A stretch of 64,000 bases of DNA from the human T2T-CHM13v2.0 reference genome, Homo sapiens: assembly GCF_009914755.1 (NCBI RefSeq), contig NC_060942.1. One strand, 5' to 3'. Shown piece after piece: positions 1-14,945 of the stretch; position 1 is the first letter of the stretch, and the number at the start of each line of letters is the position of its first letter. Under the pieces are notes generated by a model. It was not told the origin of the DNA. It saw only the letters and a program-made list of their open reading frames with translations, and ran no database searches. Position numbers and translations under genes: made by a program.

Positions 1-1561
1 TGATAATCACACATCACTTCTTCCTTGGTAGGTTCTGGCCTCTGTAAGTACTGCTTCAATCCCATCCTTGAAGTTGGCTCTGGAAATTCCAACGGCCTGT
101 ATTCCACAACTAATACATCTTGCAAAGTTCATGGAAATACCATCGACAGAGTGTCTCATCTTGAAAGCTGGGCTGCAGACCATTTTTTTTTATTTGCAAT
201 TAATTATCTCCAGCTGTTGGACAGCAAAGAAAGAACACTCTAACTTAAAGCATCAGATGAATATTCCTCATGCCCTGGGGTGCAAAGTTCATTTTGCTCA
301 TGTGAACTCCACAGAATTGGAAGGGAATTGAGCAGCATTTAAGCCAACATTCCCAGCTTTGCAGGAGAAAAGTGAGGCTCAGAGACAGTGAGTTATATGC
401 CCAAAGTTAAACTTCTTTTCATTAGTGGTTGATCCAGAACATACTCTGAGTCTAGAGGGTTCGTATGATCTGTTACATGGTATGTTTCTCTTAATTTTTT
501 TTAAGCTTCTTAATTAGGAATTCCAGATAACCACAACCTACCCTCAGTTGTATATTGCTAAGGATTGAGTGCAGGGTTGTGTCTATGTGTGTGTGGTGGG
601 CAGGCATGGGAGAGTAGGGGATGGAAGAGACGACAACTATGAAGGAGTTACATGTGCAAAGGTGAACCCTGAAGTGCATTTTAGCCAGTGGGTACATGTC
701 CTGTCAAATCATTTCTGAGAGCTACTGAAGAAGAGAACAAAATGGCCATCATGAGTTTTGTTTCATCTCCCTGCTCTTGCCACGACCTCTTCTGAGAATG
801 ATGTAATGCGATGACTCGGACAAAGGGTGAGCCGTTGGAGGGGAAAATAAGAAAGGGAAAGAGACTGGAATCCCTAGAGTACAGCCGCTCATTCCTAAGC
901 ATTGGCTACAAAATTACATTTGGAGAGTATTGAAATGCCATCAAACCTTTAGGTAATACGAGTCAAGAATTAATAACGTAAGCATTTTGCTCAGTCCCAC
1001 AATCATAAGGTACTAGGTAACAACTAACTTTGTTTCAAAAAGCCCTCTAAGGTACTGAGACACACCTGTCATTAGGAATCAAATTCCCCTGGGGACACAC
1101 ATCGATGACCATCAAGCCGCTCATCAAGTGCGCAATGAGAAGCACTGTGTCTTCCGTTTATAGCATCGTCTCTTTCCTCCAGGAGCTTGGCAGCGACACT
1201 GATGAGCAATGAGATTACTTGAAGGGATCAAAGGCGAGTCTGTGTTCCACTCTACAGCACAGAAATGCTGCAAAATTATGGTAAATTATGTCAGTACGTC
1301 TTCGTGCTGTTCCAAGCTCTCATCTGTAAAATGTTAACAGTAATCTGTGAAATGCAAACCACATATTTTCTTGTGTTCTTACAGCATAGAGAGGATTCAT
1401 GAGCTCATGGCCACCAAAAAGCCCACTGTTATTGTGGAGCTACTTGGGGGGGACCCACCATCCCAGCCAGTCATAACCAGGCCTGTGGCTCTCTGGAAGC
1501 TCCCACTGCTACCCTCTGCCATTGCTGCTGAAGACCAGGTAACCCACTACCTGGACATCAT

Positions 1562-2240
1562 GCTCTCTCACACACCTCTTACATGACACACACACACACC
1601 TCACACCTGACAACATACACCTCACACCACACACATGATCACACACACTTCACACCACACACATGCTCACACACACTTCACACTTCACACCACTCACCTC
1701 ACACTACACATATACACACCTCACACATCTCACACCACACACATGCTCACACACTTCACACCTCATATATGGTTACACACACCTTACACCTCACACATCT
1801 CACACCACACTCACACCTCACACCACACACTTTCACACACTCATATACCACACACACATCATACACACACCACACACACATCACACACACCACACACTAC
1901 ACACACAATCACACACACATTCCTCGCACCATACCCACACCACAACCCACACACTCACACACCTCATACCTCACACATATCACACACCCCACACACTATT
2001 GCACAGACTCTTCACACCATACCAGCACCACACCCCACACACTCACACACACCTCACACCACACACACATCACACACACCACACACTACACACATACTAT
2101 CTCACATGCACTCTTCATACCATACCAACACCACACCCCACACACACCTCACACCACACACACCACACACTACACACACTCCTCACACCAGACCCATGTC
2201 ACACACACTCTCACAGGCCACACACACTCCCTCTCCTCAC
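1562..2240. repeat. Degenerate CA-rich simple/tandem repeat (~680 bp)
   Basis: Imperfect (CA)n/CACAC/CTCACAC arrays with almost no G on the + strand; explains the His/Thr-rich ORFs in all three + frames. Confidence 0.95.
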
Positions 2241-2439
2241 GCTCCCCACACTGCGGTTGTGCCCCTGCTGCTATGAGCCGAGCTGCCCTCACCCTGAGGC
2301 ATGGGGGAGCTGCTGCCTTGGCCTGTGTACTCTCTCCTCACCCAGCTCCTGGGTGCCTTTCAGTCATCCTCAGAGCTCCTAGTCACATCCTGCAATCTCC
2401 ATCCAGCTTTGCCTGTTCCCCTGAAGGCCTGAGGCCTTG

Positions 2440-2944
2440 TGAGAGGTGAAGCCAGCTGGACTTCCTGGGTCGAGTGGGGACTTGGATAACTTTTCTGTCT
2501 TACAAGAGGATTGTAAAACCCACCAATCAGCGCTCTGTAGCTAACAAGGGGATAGTAAAATGCACTAATCAGCCCTCTGTAAAAACGTACCAATCAGTGC
2601 CCTGTAGCTAGCAAGAGGATTGTAAAACACACCAATCAGCAGGATCCTAAAAGTAGCCAATCACAAAGAAGATTGAAAACGGGCATTCTAATAGGACAGA
2701 AACAGAACATGGGAGGGGACAAATAAGGGAATAAAACCTGGCCACCCCAGCCAGCAGCAGCAACCTGCTTGGTCCACGCTGTGGAAGCTTTGTTCTTTCG
2801 CTCTTCACAGTAAATCTTGCTGCTGCTCACTCTTTGGGTCCATGCCACCTTTAAGAGCTGTAATACTCACTGTGAAGGTCTGCGGCTTCATTCTTGAAGT
2901 CAGCAAGACCACGAACCCACTGGCAGGAACAAACTCCAGGCTCA
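2440..2944 (+). mobile_element. Solo LTR, ERV9/LTR12 family (LTR12F-like)
   Basis: Begins TGAGAGGTGAAGCCAGCTGGACTTCCTGGGTCGAGTGGGGAC; tandem CACCAATCAGC-type U3 repeats; ends ..AACTCCAGGCTCA; flanks CTTG/CTTC (3/4 TSD). Confidence 0.9.
2523..2661 (+). promoter_or_regulatory. Four CCAAT (NF-Y) boxes in LTR12 U3
   Basis: CCAAT at 2523, 2590, 2632 and 2657, followed by AATAAAA TATA-like element at ~2730; activity not demonstrable from sequence. Confidence 0.6.
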
Positions 2945-4098
2945 CTTCCATAGAACCCTGTGCAGGGGTCTGCAAGAGCCCTTGATTGGCGGGCTGGGGG
3001 CATTGTGTTCTCTTGCCTGTTTTCTTCTCTACATTGTCTTTATCTCCAGAACACAGCACATACTCGGTGTTCAACAAATTAAATCCATGAATGATGATTG
3101 AGTGATTGAGTGAATGATGGAGTGGATTTTGCACAAAGAGAATCACTTGGGGAGAGGCATTCTGTAAACCTGGGATATTCTGCCTTTAACCAGAAAACTC
3201 TCAGAAGTGATCGCTGGAACAATTTATCCATCATCCAGTTAAACCAGAGAGCTTCAGTGAACTCAACACATTTTCACTACCACCAGTGTGAACACCCCAC
3301 TGCACACACATGCACACACACACACATTCTCTCTTTTCTCTCTCTCTCTGTTTCCTGGGAACCTTTGTGGTTATCAGCAAAGTCTTCACTTTTGGACACA
3401 CATTCACGTACCATGGAACACCACGCTATGAAGTGTGTAATACACAGATGGACTTAAACAGCAGAATGAGCGGTGGCACCACTCAAAGGTAGTTGTTGCT
3501 TTTGAGCTGAGATCTGAGGATGGCACCCTATCTCTTTTCACATTGTTGAGACGTCTCTTCATTCCCACATCTCTACCCACCTTCCTTGCCAAGAAAATTG
3601 CCTTTAATTTGAGTTCTTAATTGAGGGTTTTTAAATGCTCCTTTTTTGGCAAATATGCTCATTTTGCAAAATTGTTACTTATCAAGTCCAAGAAACCCTT
3701 TAGCCAAGAATCATAAACCTTCAGTGTTTCTTGGACTCTGACTTTTTGTTAAGCTCTCAGAGCATTCACTTCTGTCACATATTAACTCTCTCCCTCTCCT
3801 GTCATTTCCATGCAGGAAGCTGCCTCCTGTACCTGCTCTCTATCTGCTTCTGGAAATTTCAAATTATGAATCTCTTGCATGTGAGAACATTTAGGAATTC
3901 TCCTTTTTTGTTTCAGTGCGACATGCAATGTAAATGGCAGGCTAAACGGGAAAGAATACAAGCTGCAAGTCACAAGTGGGTGTGCTGATCCCTCCACCTT
4001 CCCATGGGAGTTCACAGACCCACAGCTGCCCTGACTTACCAGCTTGAAGAGCATCTGTGAGGTTGAGAAGATTATATTATTTCGTTTGTTAAAGTAAA

Positions 4099-4590
4099 TG
4101 CATCAGTTAGGACTCTGGTTTTCAAATAATACCGACTCACCTCAAACTCTACAAAGAAAAGCTTATGATGAAGACATTGGGAGGTCAGAGACCGAGGGCA
4201 ATTGGTGGGGCTGGCTCCCAGGCTCAGCTGGCATCAGTATTTTCTCTCTCTCTCCTTCCGTTCAGATGCAGCTGATTCCTCCTCAGGACAGGTAGCTCCC
4301 TCTGCTTCTGGGTGTGCCACACCACCACCTTTTTCTGACCTTTGTATCAGAAGATGGAAGCATCCAGAAAAGACTTATCCTCATTTTTCTGTCTTAAAAT
4401 GTCTAAAGAGGGGGGTTTTTAACCCGCATTGGGTTCAATGCCCACCCCTGGACAAATAACAAATAACCAGGAGGTGAGGTTACCATACTTCTATGGTGGT
4501 TCCCACAGTAGTCACGTGAATAGAGATTGGGCAGAGAAGTTTTAGAAGGGGATGCTGGGTAAATCAGTAGTTATCGATGTATCTAGGACA
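4099..4590 (-). mobile_element. Old MaLR LTR (MLT1-like)
   Basis: TGCATCAGTTAGGACTCTGGTT... and ...GGATGCTGGGTA..ACA termini resemble reverse-complemented old MLT1 LTRs. Confidence 0.5.
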
Positions 4591-5279
4591 AAATAGTGTC
4601 TACCTCTGTGTGTCACAGATATAACCAAGGTGCATCGTTAGTTATACCTTAGCTTCCTCCCTCAACCTAGTTTATACCAACTCCCTACTTCCCCTAACAC
4701 ACACACACACACTGGGCAAAGAACCCATTCCCATATGCAGGCTAGAGAGCATGCCTTGGAAAACACTGGTCTACATCACTAGTGAATTCATAATTTTAAA
4801 AAAATGCTAAACAAATGAAGCTCATTGGGAAATGCTAACCCTTGATCCCTAGACCTATTGGATATTTTGTCTAAAACTTCACTAAATTCTTCTTTTCTTA
4901 CCCAAAACGCTGACTTTATGATTTTTTTTTTGCAAAGTATGCCTGAAATAGAAATAACAGTGTCTGTGATTTCTGGAGTAGTTTTTTCTTTCTCCCATTT
5001 TTCAGTTGCTGAAATAGTTTCCATCAAATCTTCTCTGTGCATAGTTTACCCATCGAAAGATAGAGGTAGGTGAGGCAGAATTTTTATCATGATGGCAGAA
5101 CCATGGTGAATAATACTGTATGTTAAGAGCAGGCTAAATTTGGTGATATATTCCATTATTCTTAAATAAATCATTTGTAAATATAGGAATACAATTTTTA
5201 TTATCAGACTTCGGGTCTTCTCATAAGATCAGTAGTTCACACAATGAAGTACAGAGGATATACGGGGGTCGGAGGGAAC

Positions 5280-6390
5280 TGTGTTAAACAAAATCATGCC
5301 CTTTCAGCCAGGTGTGGGAGAGATGTAGTTCTAAGAAGACATTTAAAGTTATTTTTCCTGCTGTCCCAGTTTTGGCTAAGGACCCAAAGTGTGAGATTTT
5401 ACTAAGGCCCCAAAATCATTACATTACCTGTCAAGTCTGATCACATGATAAGAGAGGCCACTAGACCACCGATGAGTCCCTTGCTAAGAGATTATACAAT
5501 AGGTCCTTATGGTACTAGCCCATCACCCACCTCCAGACTGTAAGAGATAGTAAATCATTCACTGTGGAGCCTGAAAAGAACAGCAATTGGGATTCCATTG
5601 AAAATCAATATTCCTGTGCCCTGTGTTTTTCTGTCTCATAGGCAGAGGGATAGGTATATCCAAGTGAAGGTGGCATCCAGAGAACCACAGCTTGGCACTT
5701 GCTTCCTAGAACACAAAGGACACAATTACTTGTGTCCTGATCATACCAGAGAACTGTAAAGGTAGGTGTTGGCTGGCTGCCTGGGGATGGCAGAGTGAGG
5801 GGAGGTGGAAACTGTAATGGCAGTGTTAAGCAGCAAAGCTTGCAAAAGTTCTGTGGGCCAGAGGCCAACTCCACCGCAGAGTCTGAGTCCTCTTGAGAGA
5901 GACTCCAGCCAAGTAGACTGCTTGGAGGATGAGTTGAATTCAAGAAAGAATAAACCACAAGAAATAAGTCTGACAAAGACATCAAAGGCAGCCAATTAGA
6001 GAAAGAAGGACACACCCAAGAAAGAGAACCCCAGTGATATGGTTGGTCTTCAAAAAAAATTCAGAAGATCCCCTAGGAAAGAAAGAATCAACTTTTAGAA
6101 TCCACAAGACCCAGATAAGTAAGATAGTTCCTCTTCCTTACCTCTCTTCCCAACCTTCAACTAGAATCTTGGACAGATTCCAAAGCAGCAATGAGTAGGA
6201 GAGGAAGTGAGGCCAGAAAGAGAAAAAATATCAACACTGACCTCTTCCTACTGCAGGCTTCCCAGGGTGAGTTGGGCCTCGTGTGCCAATGGAATCAGGA
6301 TGTGAGTGTGGACATTACATTGAACTGGAGTTTAGCAACTTCGAAAACAAAAACTATTTTCCTTTTACCTAATAGTGATTGGAATTCACA
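5280..6390 (+). mobile_element. Possible ancient LTR (Gypsy-type MamGypLTR/LTR85-88-like)
   Basis: 3' part (GGACATTACATTGAACTGGA...TTACCTAATAGTGATTGGA) recalls ancient eutherian Gypsy-type LTRs; boundaries uncertain. Confidence 0.3.
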
Positions 6391-6419
6391 AAACATGTCA
6401 GCATCCACTTAAAATGCTC

Positions 6420-6770
6420 TCAAATATATGTTCTTGTGGGAGACAAAAACCTACGTATAAGATATAGTTCTTACTATCAAGAAACTTGAGTATAGTAGAC
6501 AGGACATAGGAAGTAAATAAACCATGATGTTGCCGAATGAATGAGGACAAGTTCTAGAGCGACGGGGGAGCTAAAATGTTAAAAGAATTCAAAGGAAGGA
6601 GGAAGTACTTTTTGCCTAGATTTTTAGCAAGGCTTCATTGAGGAGGCAGATTTTAGCTGAGCCCTAAACTGTGGGAAAAAGCTGGACACTTAGAGGGGGA
6701 AGGTGCATTCCAGCAAGGGAAGTGTAGGAGCCAAATAATGGGGAAAGATGCGGGGAGCAGAGTCCTATGC
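6420..6770 (-). mobile_element. L2 fragment
   Basis: GGCTTCATTGAGGAGG..TTTTAGCTGAGCCCT..GCATTCCAGCAAGGG motifs typical of antisense L2 3' region. Confidence 0.6.
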
Positions 6771-9381
6771 CTAGTATCTCTGGTCTGACAGGAGCGGCAG
6801 GTAGGGAGGAGGAGTGGTCACGTGGAGGCATCGCTATACTGTTCCTCACAAGGCATAGCTATGCTGCCCCACCGTGCGGGACACTGGCACCATGCCTGCT
6901 GAACCGGAAGCACGCTGCACCGAGCCTTTTATTGAGGTCTGTGCTACAAATCTACATATCAAGAGTACATATTTTAACCAACCCTTGCAATTTGAAGAGG
7001 GAACAATGAACAAAAAGAAGTCTTGAGATCTATACCTTCCCCATCAGAAATGTAACTAGGGCAACCCCACCATAATCTCAGGACCAATGAGAAAAGTCCC
7101 AAGTTTGGAGTCTGTTCCAGAGGGTCTTTAAATGGCAGGTATGATTAGAAGCCCTAATTTTAGACATTATATCATCATGTATTTCAGCATCAGTAGCATT
7201 AACTATCTTGCATATGTTTCATGCTAAATATGAATATTACATTCAACCAGATTTACTGACCTCAAACGAAATCATCTAAAATCCCTAAGATTTCTGAGAA
7301 TGCTAATCCAATTACCTCCAATACCTGTACACTTAATTGAAACTATTGAATAGTTTTTACTTCTATCTATGTAATTTTTAAAAAACTAATCCAAATTCAA
7401 GATCTATAGCAACTATTCAACCATTTTTCTAGAAAACATATTCAGATGGTGACTAACTTGGAATAGACAGTGTTTCATCAAATTTAAGGCACTTCATGGT
7501 TTCAGAGAAAACAAAAGCTGAAAAAAATGTGTTTTAGAATTAATGAGATCTAATATATATTTTCTATGTGTAAGAATGAAAGTAAAATATTTTTCATAAG
7601 GATCTATATCTTGATAGTATCATTTCTAATGGGAAAAACTGAGATAAGTCAATTATTTTATTTAAAAATAATACTATAGCACTGGGCAAGTCCCTCCAAG
7701 TGAACAATCTAATTGAAAAAAATGCTAAAAAACAGTGATAACCAAATTGTTGCCAACAAGGTATATAATGGGGTGCTACAAGGTGAGATTAAATTATCTG
7801 TCTATCTACCCACTCATCCATCCATCTATCTTCCAGAAGTATAGACAGGAGTTGTCATATAAGAGCATCTCTTCACTGTGGGAAAGTTCTCCCATATATA
7901 TGGACAGATAAGCCCTGTAGCCTTTCCTAGCCCTGAAGGAATGTTTGAAGTTGAACTTTATTTTAAATCTGTGCTCTACTAACATCTGTCAGGTGGAACA
8001 AAGGTATTCTTTGCTTGACATGCAGCCCTCTGGAGGGGGTTGAGCTGGTCTGCATAGGAAGGGATTAAAACTCCCCTTCTTTCATACGTTTAATGTTAAG
8101 GCTATCGCAGAATGAATAATGGAAAGTAAGGATGTATCTATACCAAACACAATTTATTGTCCTGCATTCAATACCAAAAGTTCACAGATCAATTTTTTAT
8201 TACTAATGCAGAAATAAGAATATACTTGTCCTCAATATTACTAGTTCAACTTTAAGTGCTTTACCTGAAAAAAGATCTAGGCCGAAAAGTACAATAGGTG
8301 CTTTGAAGGGAAATTCAAAATAAACAAAAGGGTATATGGGCTGTTGGCTGGAGTTCAAGAAAGCCCAGAAGAGGGGGGATTAGCTTGTCCTCATGTGCAT
8401 GTGGGTACATTTGGGGGCGTTGCCTACCCACAACCTCAGAGTCATGCTTGGGAGTGACGGTGAAACTTCTAAAGGGAAATAAGACGTGTTTGTTTAACAT
8501 CAGGCAATGGGTAGAAAATCTGCCTTAGTCTTATTTTGCCCTTGAAGAAAAGAGTGATAAAAGATAAAATAGTAGAAATATACCCCGATCGTGTCTTGAA
8601 GCCAAGGAGAATACCAATATTGTCCCTTTTTAGCACTGTCCCTTAAGCAGAGTTACCTCAATGAGGGAAAGAAAGGGGGTCTGATTTCCTCTTTTATGGG
8701 AGGTTGTGAAACAGAAAAAATACAAAAAACAAATAATAACACTGCAACTCGAAAACTAAGCTAGTAAATGTAAAACAAATATTGTGACATCACCAAAAAC
8801 TAGAGCACCTGTCATAAATGATGTCTGTGTGTGCACAGACACTTGCCCAGTGGCCACAAGAACCAGTTCCTTGAGGACCCCAGGCTATCCAAAAATATTT
8901 AAGTGTTTTGTAAGGATTGTATCATTACAACATTTTAAAAAATAATTAGCACTCATGGAAATGACCATATTTTTATAACTTGTTCCACATTCTTGGATCA
9001 CTCAGAACTGGAAATAATTATGTTAATAAAGGTGCTCAAAGAATAAGATTTTTCTTTTAGAAAAGTGAGGAGTAATATCAAACCCCAGCTGAGTGGCTGC
9101 CATCCATGGATTTCCAGTATGTATTAAAAGTGGTCAAAAAACTCTTTTGATATTAACTTAGCACAAATAAGTATGCATCTCCTCATAAGTAAGGTTTTCA
9201 AAAAATACATATTATAAGAGCCAAATTTTGAGGCATCTGATCAGTAACGCCCTTCTACCAGAAGCATGACCCTGAATACCACCAGCAGATCCCAGTTCTC
9301 CAATTACAGCACCTTTATTTCCTAGCTGAGCCCCAGAGAATCTGAGGCAAGAGCCAGAGGTGATGTAAGTAGTCCAGGACA

Positions 9382-9586
9382 AAATTCACATACAGGGCAC
9401 ATACAGGGATGCCTGTATGTGAATACAGGTGAATACAGGTTAATTACAGGGTAATTAACCCTGTGGGATGTCTTGAATGGTGATAATCATCCCTGTATGT
9501 GAATACAGGTGATTACAGGTTAATTACAGGATAATTAACCCTGTGGGTTCTCTTGAATGGTGATAATTACCCCTTTATGTGAATTT
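9382..9586. repeat. 80-bp tandem repeat (~2.2 copies) with internal palindromes and terminal inverted repeat
   Basis: CCT(G/T)TATGTGAAT at 9412, 9492 and 9572 (period 80); GGTTAATTAC-agg-GTAATTAACC stem; 9382-9397 complementary to 9571-9586. Confidence 0.9.
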
Positions 9587-12500
9587 CCTTTCATAAAGTA
9601 GACACCGACCATCTTCGTGGCATTTCACATCTTAGAATTACATTGGAGAATAAGTCAGTCACAGTGAGAGAGTGACCTATAAATGGTCTGAAGTCTTGAG
9701 CCATGTTAAATTAGATTTATTTTTAAAGCAGTTGGATTTTATCCCATTATGATATACGCCAAATTTATTATAGAAATGTATTCTTGTGATTAAAAGTGTT
9801 CATTTTGTTACAAAAAATCAATTAAAAAACAGTGAAAACGTTTGTGACATCCTAGCCAAGGATGCCAAGGTTGATGAAAGGGAAGCATTATGCTCATCTT
9901 GCCAGATAGACTATTATAGGCCATGTCTTTCAACCTTTTCTGTCTCCTGCCCACACAATTTAAAAGGTCAAGAATGAATTTTGATTCTACACTAGAAAGA
10001 CATTTCTAGAATATAGTTGATTTGTGCCATCCACAAAGTCAAAGAAAGGAAATAAATGAATGTTTTCCAGCTTTTCCTCCACTCTGAGCCTTCTTTCTTT
10101 ACATCCTTGACAACTGAATGCCCAAGCACAATGGCGAAATGAAAAGAAATGAACAGCATCTTCCACCAGCAGGATCCATTTCTTTGAGATACTCTAAGAT
10201 TTTTCTTAGCATTCCTGGCATTTTGAGACTTGGAAAATGGTCATTCCCCTAATTCCAATTGAAGTGGATGAGAGCAAGAGTGAAATATGAACAGTGGGCA
10301 GTGGTTGTGAGTCCTGGAGTGAAACGTGCTGTCGTCATGTCTTCAGGATGTCAGAATAAATGTTTGATATAAAATAGTAAGGTTTTAGTACATATTTGAA
10401 CCTTTCAATTATGCTTCAATATTTTGTATATACCAGAGTGAAAACAAATTATATGGACAGATTTGATAACGAACACAGGATAATATTCTGCTTTGATGAA
10501 TCATTTGATCCTAGTCACTAGTTTCAGTGACAAACTCAGCCCCTGATTTCTGGGTGCCACAGCTTCACATTTCAAGAAAGAAAGCCAAAATCAAATTCAA
10601 TGACAACATGTGAAGGAAGTGCTCACAACATGTCCAGAAATGCATTTTGGCAGACAATAACAGCTATTGCCTTCAAAGTTTTATGCAGTTCTGAAAAATG
10701 AGGTTTGGATTTAAACAAGTCTGATGCTAAGTTAGAAAGAGATAGGTAATCAGATGGTGTCAAAATGCAGCATTATCAATGCAGTGATGAAGTTATTTCA
10801 ACTGAGACCTCTATTCAGAGGTCATGCAACAAGTTCTAAGATAAAGCAAATCAACCACAAAGCATGGTCAGGTAAAAAGGGATGCAGAAGGAGGCATCGC
10901 TGCCTGATAATCTCTCTTCTACCCTAAAGTGGTCCTTGGCTGATGGTCAGGGTGAGCGTGAGTCCATTAACCACTCCTTCAACATATCATTGGTCCAAAC
11001 TGCAAGGATGGCTCCAAAGTGCTAGAAGCACTTTGGGGGAGGGAACAAATCAGAAGGAAGGGCAGTTGGTTACACAAGTGTGGGTTAAGATGCGGAGATT
11101 ATAGAGGAACTTTTATTTCTTATGGCCAATAAGAACACATCTTCAATGAATCACAGTTTTTCCATTCTAATCCTTTACTACATTTTAAAAAGACTCTAAA
11201 ATACTGAGCTTTTCAGTCAGTTGCAGGGCTTTATTTTCCTAATCCATAATTACAATATTAAAAAAGCTTTTGAAATATTGAGAATTACAGCTTTAGAAGT
11301 TATTTTAAGAACTTTTCTTAAAGCTTCTTCATGGTTTCTCAGTATCCATCTTTCCTAGCACACAGGAACCTCACTGTAGGCATTACTAGCACATATGATT
11401 ATTTGTTCACAGGGTAGGACCATGGCTTTTTTAAAGCAGAACTGACAGTGGAAAATACTTTATTATCTTCAAGCATTATTTCTCAGGCATGGAGTCAAAA
11501 AGAGGTGAAACAGGATCAGAAAATTTCTCTTCAGTATCCTTCCGTGCCTTCTATCAGTGCCTGCTCCCCTCCCCTCCTTGATGCCTGCTTGTCTTTGTTC
11601 TCCAGTCTCCCGGTTGGGCAGGCCAAGGCCACCCCACAGTTATTCATGTTTCAAATGCTCAGAGACTTGTATGAAGTCTGTCTCCCTCTCCTTGTGGGAA
11701 GAGATGGTATTGTCCACTGTTATGTGCCCAGCTGGCATCTGGAGCATGTCCACAGTGCATATACCTCTGGGAGACCTAGCAATGAGGTACAGTAGCTGCC
11801 CACTCAGGGTTTGGATAAGACCAAGAGGCCACTATGAGGCTGCCCTCTCTTACACCAGCACTGACTGTGAAGCCCAGACTTCTTGGTTACTGCCAATGCC
11901 CTACTCTGAATTGCTCTTCTCAAGTCCTACCTAGAGTGACCTTTTCTGCTCTCCTTTAATTCTCCTTCTCTCTCCTTTCCACTCATATTGACATATTGAT
12001 TATTTTACCTACAACAGCATCCCTTGTGCAATATGCAAATATATTTAACTCTAAGCCTGCCTTCCCCTTAAAACTTGCAGAAACGACATAAAAGCAAATA
12101 TAATTATCTGCAATGGCATAAAGTGGTAGATATACGCTATACCAAAGAACTTAAAAAAAACCTAACATGTACTAAAAACTTAGCATGATGCAGGAGAGTA
12201 ACTAGAGAAAGAATCTGATGAGTTAAAAAAAAAAGAAACCAAAAGGAGTAGGCATTTCCATTGCAGTTAGATGGGAATTTGATTTTTACAAAGTAGAAAG
12301 AAAACAAGCAACAGAACAGGACTGTATCAGAGAGATAAAATCTCATAAAGAGGAAATCCAGCATGGATGGCTCCTTTCCATTTGGGATTAATTGACTAGT
12401 ACTCTTGAGAAGGCCTAACACTAATTAGAAACAGAGCATGAACTGGAAGATTTTTCATTTCACTCTTTCAGTGTGAGACACATCAAAATTCCAGTTTCCA

Positions 12501-13210
12501 AATGACTGCTTCTGTTCATATTTCTTCACTGTTATGAGTTCATTCCAAGTTTCTAACTGCCACCTCTCCAAACTCTCATTTCAATTCTTCTGCACATTCA
12601 TTTTAACATTTCATTGTTCTCTTGAAAGAGGAAGGAGCAGTATCTGTTTATGCATGCTCTGTTTTAATCGATTTGTCTCAGCAATTATCATTATTATTGC
12701 TCCAGAGGATGCTAAAGAGACTGCTGCTTTGTTGAGAGGAGTGTGCTAGATGCCTGTGGAATGCAGCTCTCTCTCCCACTGTGCCACTCCGAGGGTTCCC
12801 CAGAGATTTCCCTGCATGGGTGAAAAGCTAGGGTCTTATTGGCCTTGGGATTAATTTCCAAGGCCTGTTTTAAGACAAGGCAACCCTTCCTCTAGCAGAC
12901 TTATTTATCATTGACCTAGAGCAACCTAGAAAAGAACCTGAAGGCAGCCTGGTTGCAGTGAACGTGGCCTGGAGGCTTCCTGACATTCCCAACCAAAATT
13001 TACAAGCAGCACTAGCTCTCCAGCCCTACCAGTGAGCCATTGTCACAGCACTTTTGCCGTCCTCTTGAAAGCTATTCTTCAAGATTTGAAAATGATTGTT
13101 GAACGTAACATTGATTGTTTTTACATTGCTACAATCTGGAAATTCATAAATCCAATGTGGAGATAATACGCTAAACAGAAACTGTTGATTCACTGAAAAA
13201 ATATCAGGGA

Positions 13211-13540
<330 letters not shown>

Positions 13541-13629
13541 GGTAATCTTTGGCCAAATTGAACTACCAAGCAAATGATTTTTCTTCCTTTTTTTCCCCTT
13601 TCTTTCTTTTGGATCCCACTAGTCAAAAA

Positions 13630-14010
13630 TCATTAATTCATAAATATTTCCTGAGCATATATTCTGCTGTGGGCACTGCCTAGGCACTAGGGATAAAACA
13701 GGAAGTGAAACCGATTGGGAACAAGTGGACAGACTACGCCCATATCTGGGGAAGAGAAATCCAGGCAGAGGCAACAGCAAATGCAAACGCTGCAGGAAGT
13801 GAGCTGTGCCTGGCGTATACTAGGAACAGGAAAAGAGCCAGGCTTGTCGGGGAGAGGGACAAGGTCAGGGAGGCCGCTGGAAGGACTCTGGTTTTCATTT
13901 CATGTGAAACGGGAAGCCCTCAGCAGGTTTGATGCAGAAGAGTTACAGCATATGACTTTGGTTTTAACGGGATCTCTTAGGCTGCTGTGCGAAGACCAGA
14001 CTTTAGGGAG
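13630..14010 (-). mobile_element. L2 3' fragment
   Basis: CATTAATTCATAAATATTTCCTGAGC...GGCACTGCCTAGGCACTAGGGATA is the antisense L2 3' end. Confidence 0.75.
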
Positions 14011-14270
14011 GCTATGCCTGTTGCATTTTGTAACCATCCTCATTTTTTAAACTTTTAGGACATTGTGTCAAATCACATAGTTGTGTTCTTTGAATATCTG
14101 AAATGATATAAAGTACAGCCAGCCTGAAGTAATCAGTGACTGAAACCCAAACTCTAAAAACAAAAAAGCCACTTTTGTTTTTCAGATTACAGCAAAGATT
14201 TGATTAGTCCTAAGGAACGAAATGTGTTGATTAATTCCCTCTTCTGATTAACTGATGAGTTAATCTGCTG

Positions 14271-14945
<675 letters not shown>

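Noticed and set aside
1-175. Possible minus-strand exon (..MGLKQYLQRPEPTKEEVMCDY..)
   Set aside because: No recognised protein similarity, weak acceptor, cut off by window edge
681-902. 73-aa minus ORF as coding exon
   Set aside because: No recognisable motif or clear splice boundaries
1583-2449. Long His/Thr-rich ORFs (288, 213, 239 aa)
   Set aside because: Open in all three frames only because the CA repeat lacks stop codons
5805-5999. 64-aa hydrophilic ORF
   Set aside because: Short, non-ATG start, lies in a probable ancient repeat
9382-9586. CRISPR-like array or pre-miRNA
   Set aside because: Eukaryotic context and no unique spacers; no evidence for a processed hairpin
10260-10370. 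Putative transcript 3' end with AATAAA near 10355
   Set aside because: Hexamer expected by chance in AT-rich DNA; no supporting gene structure
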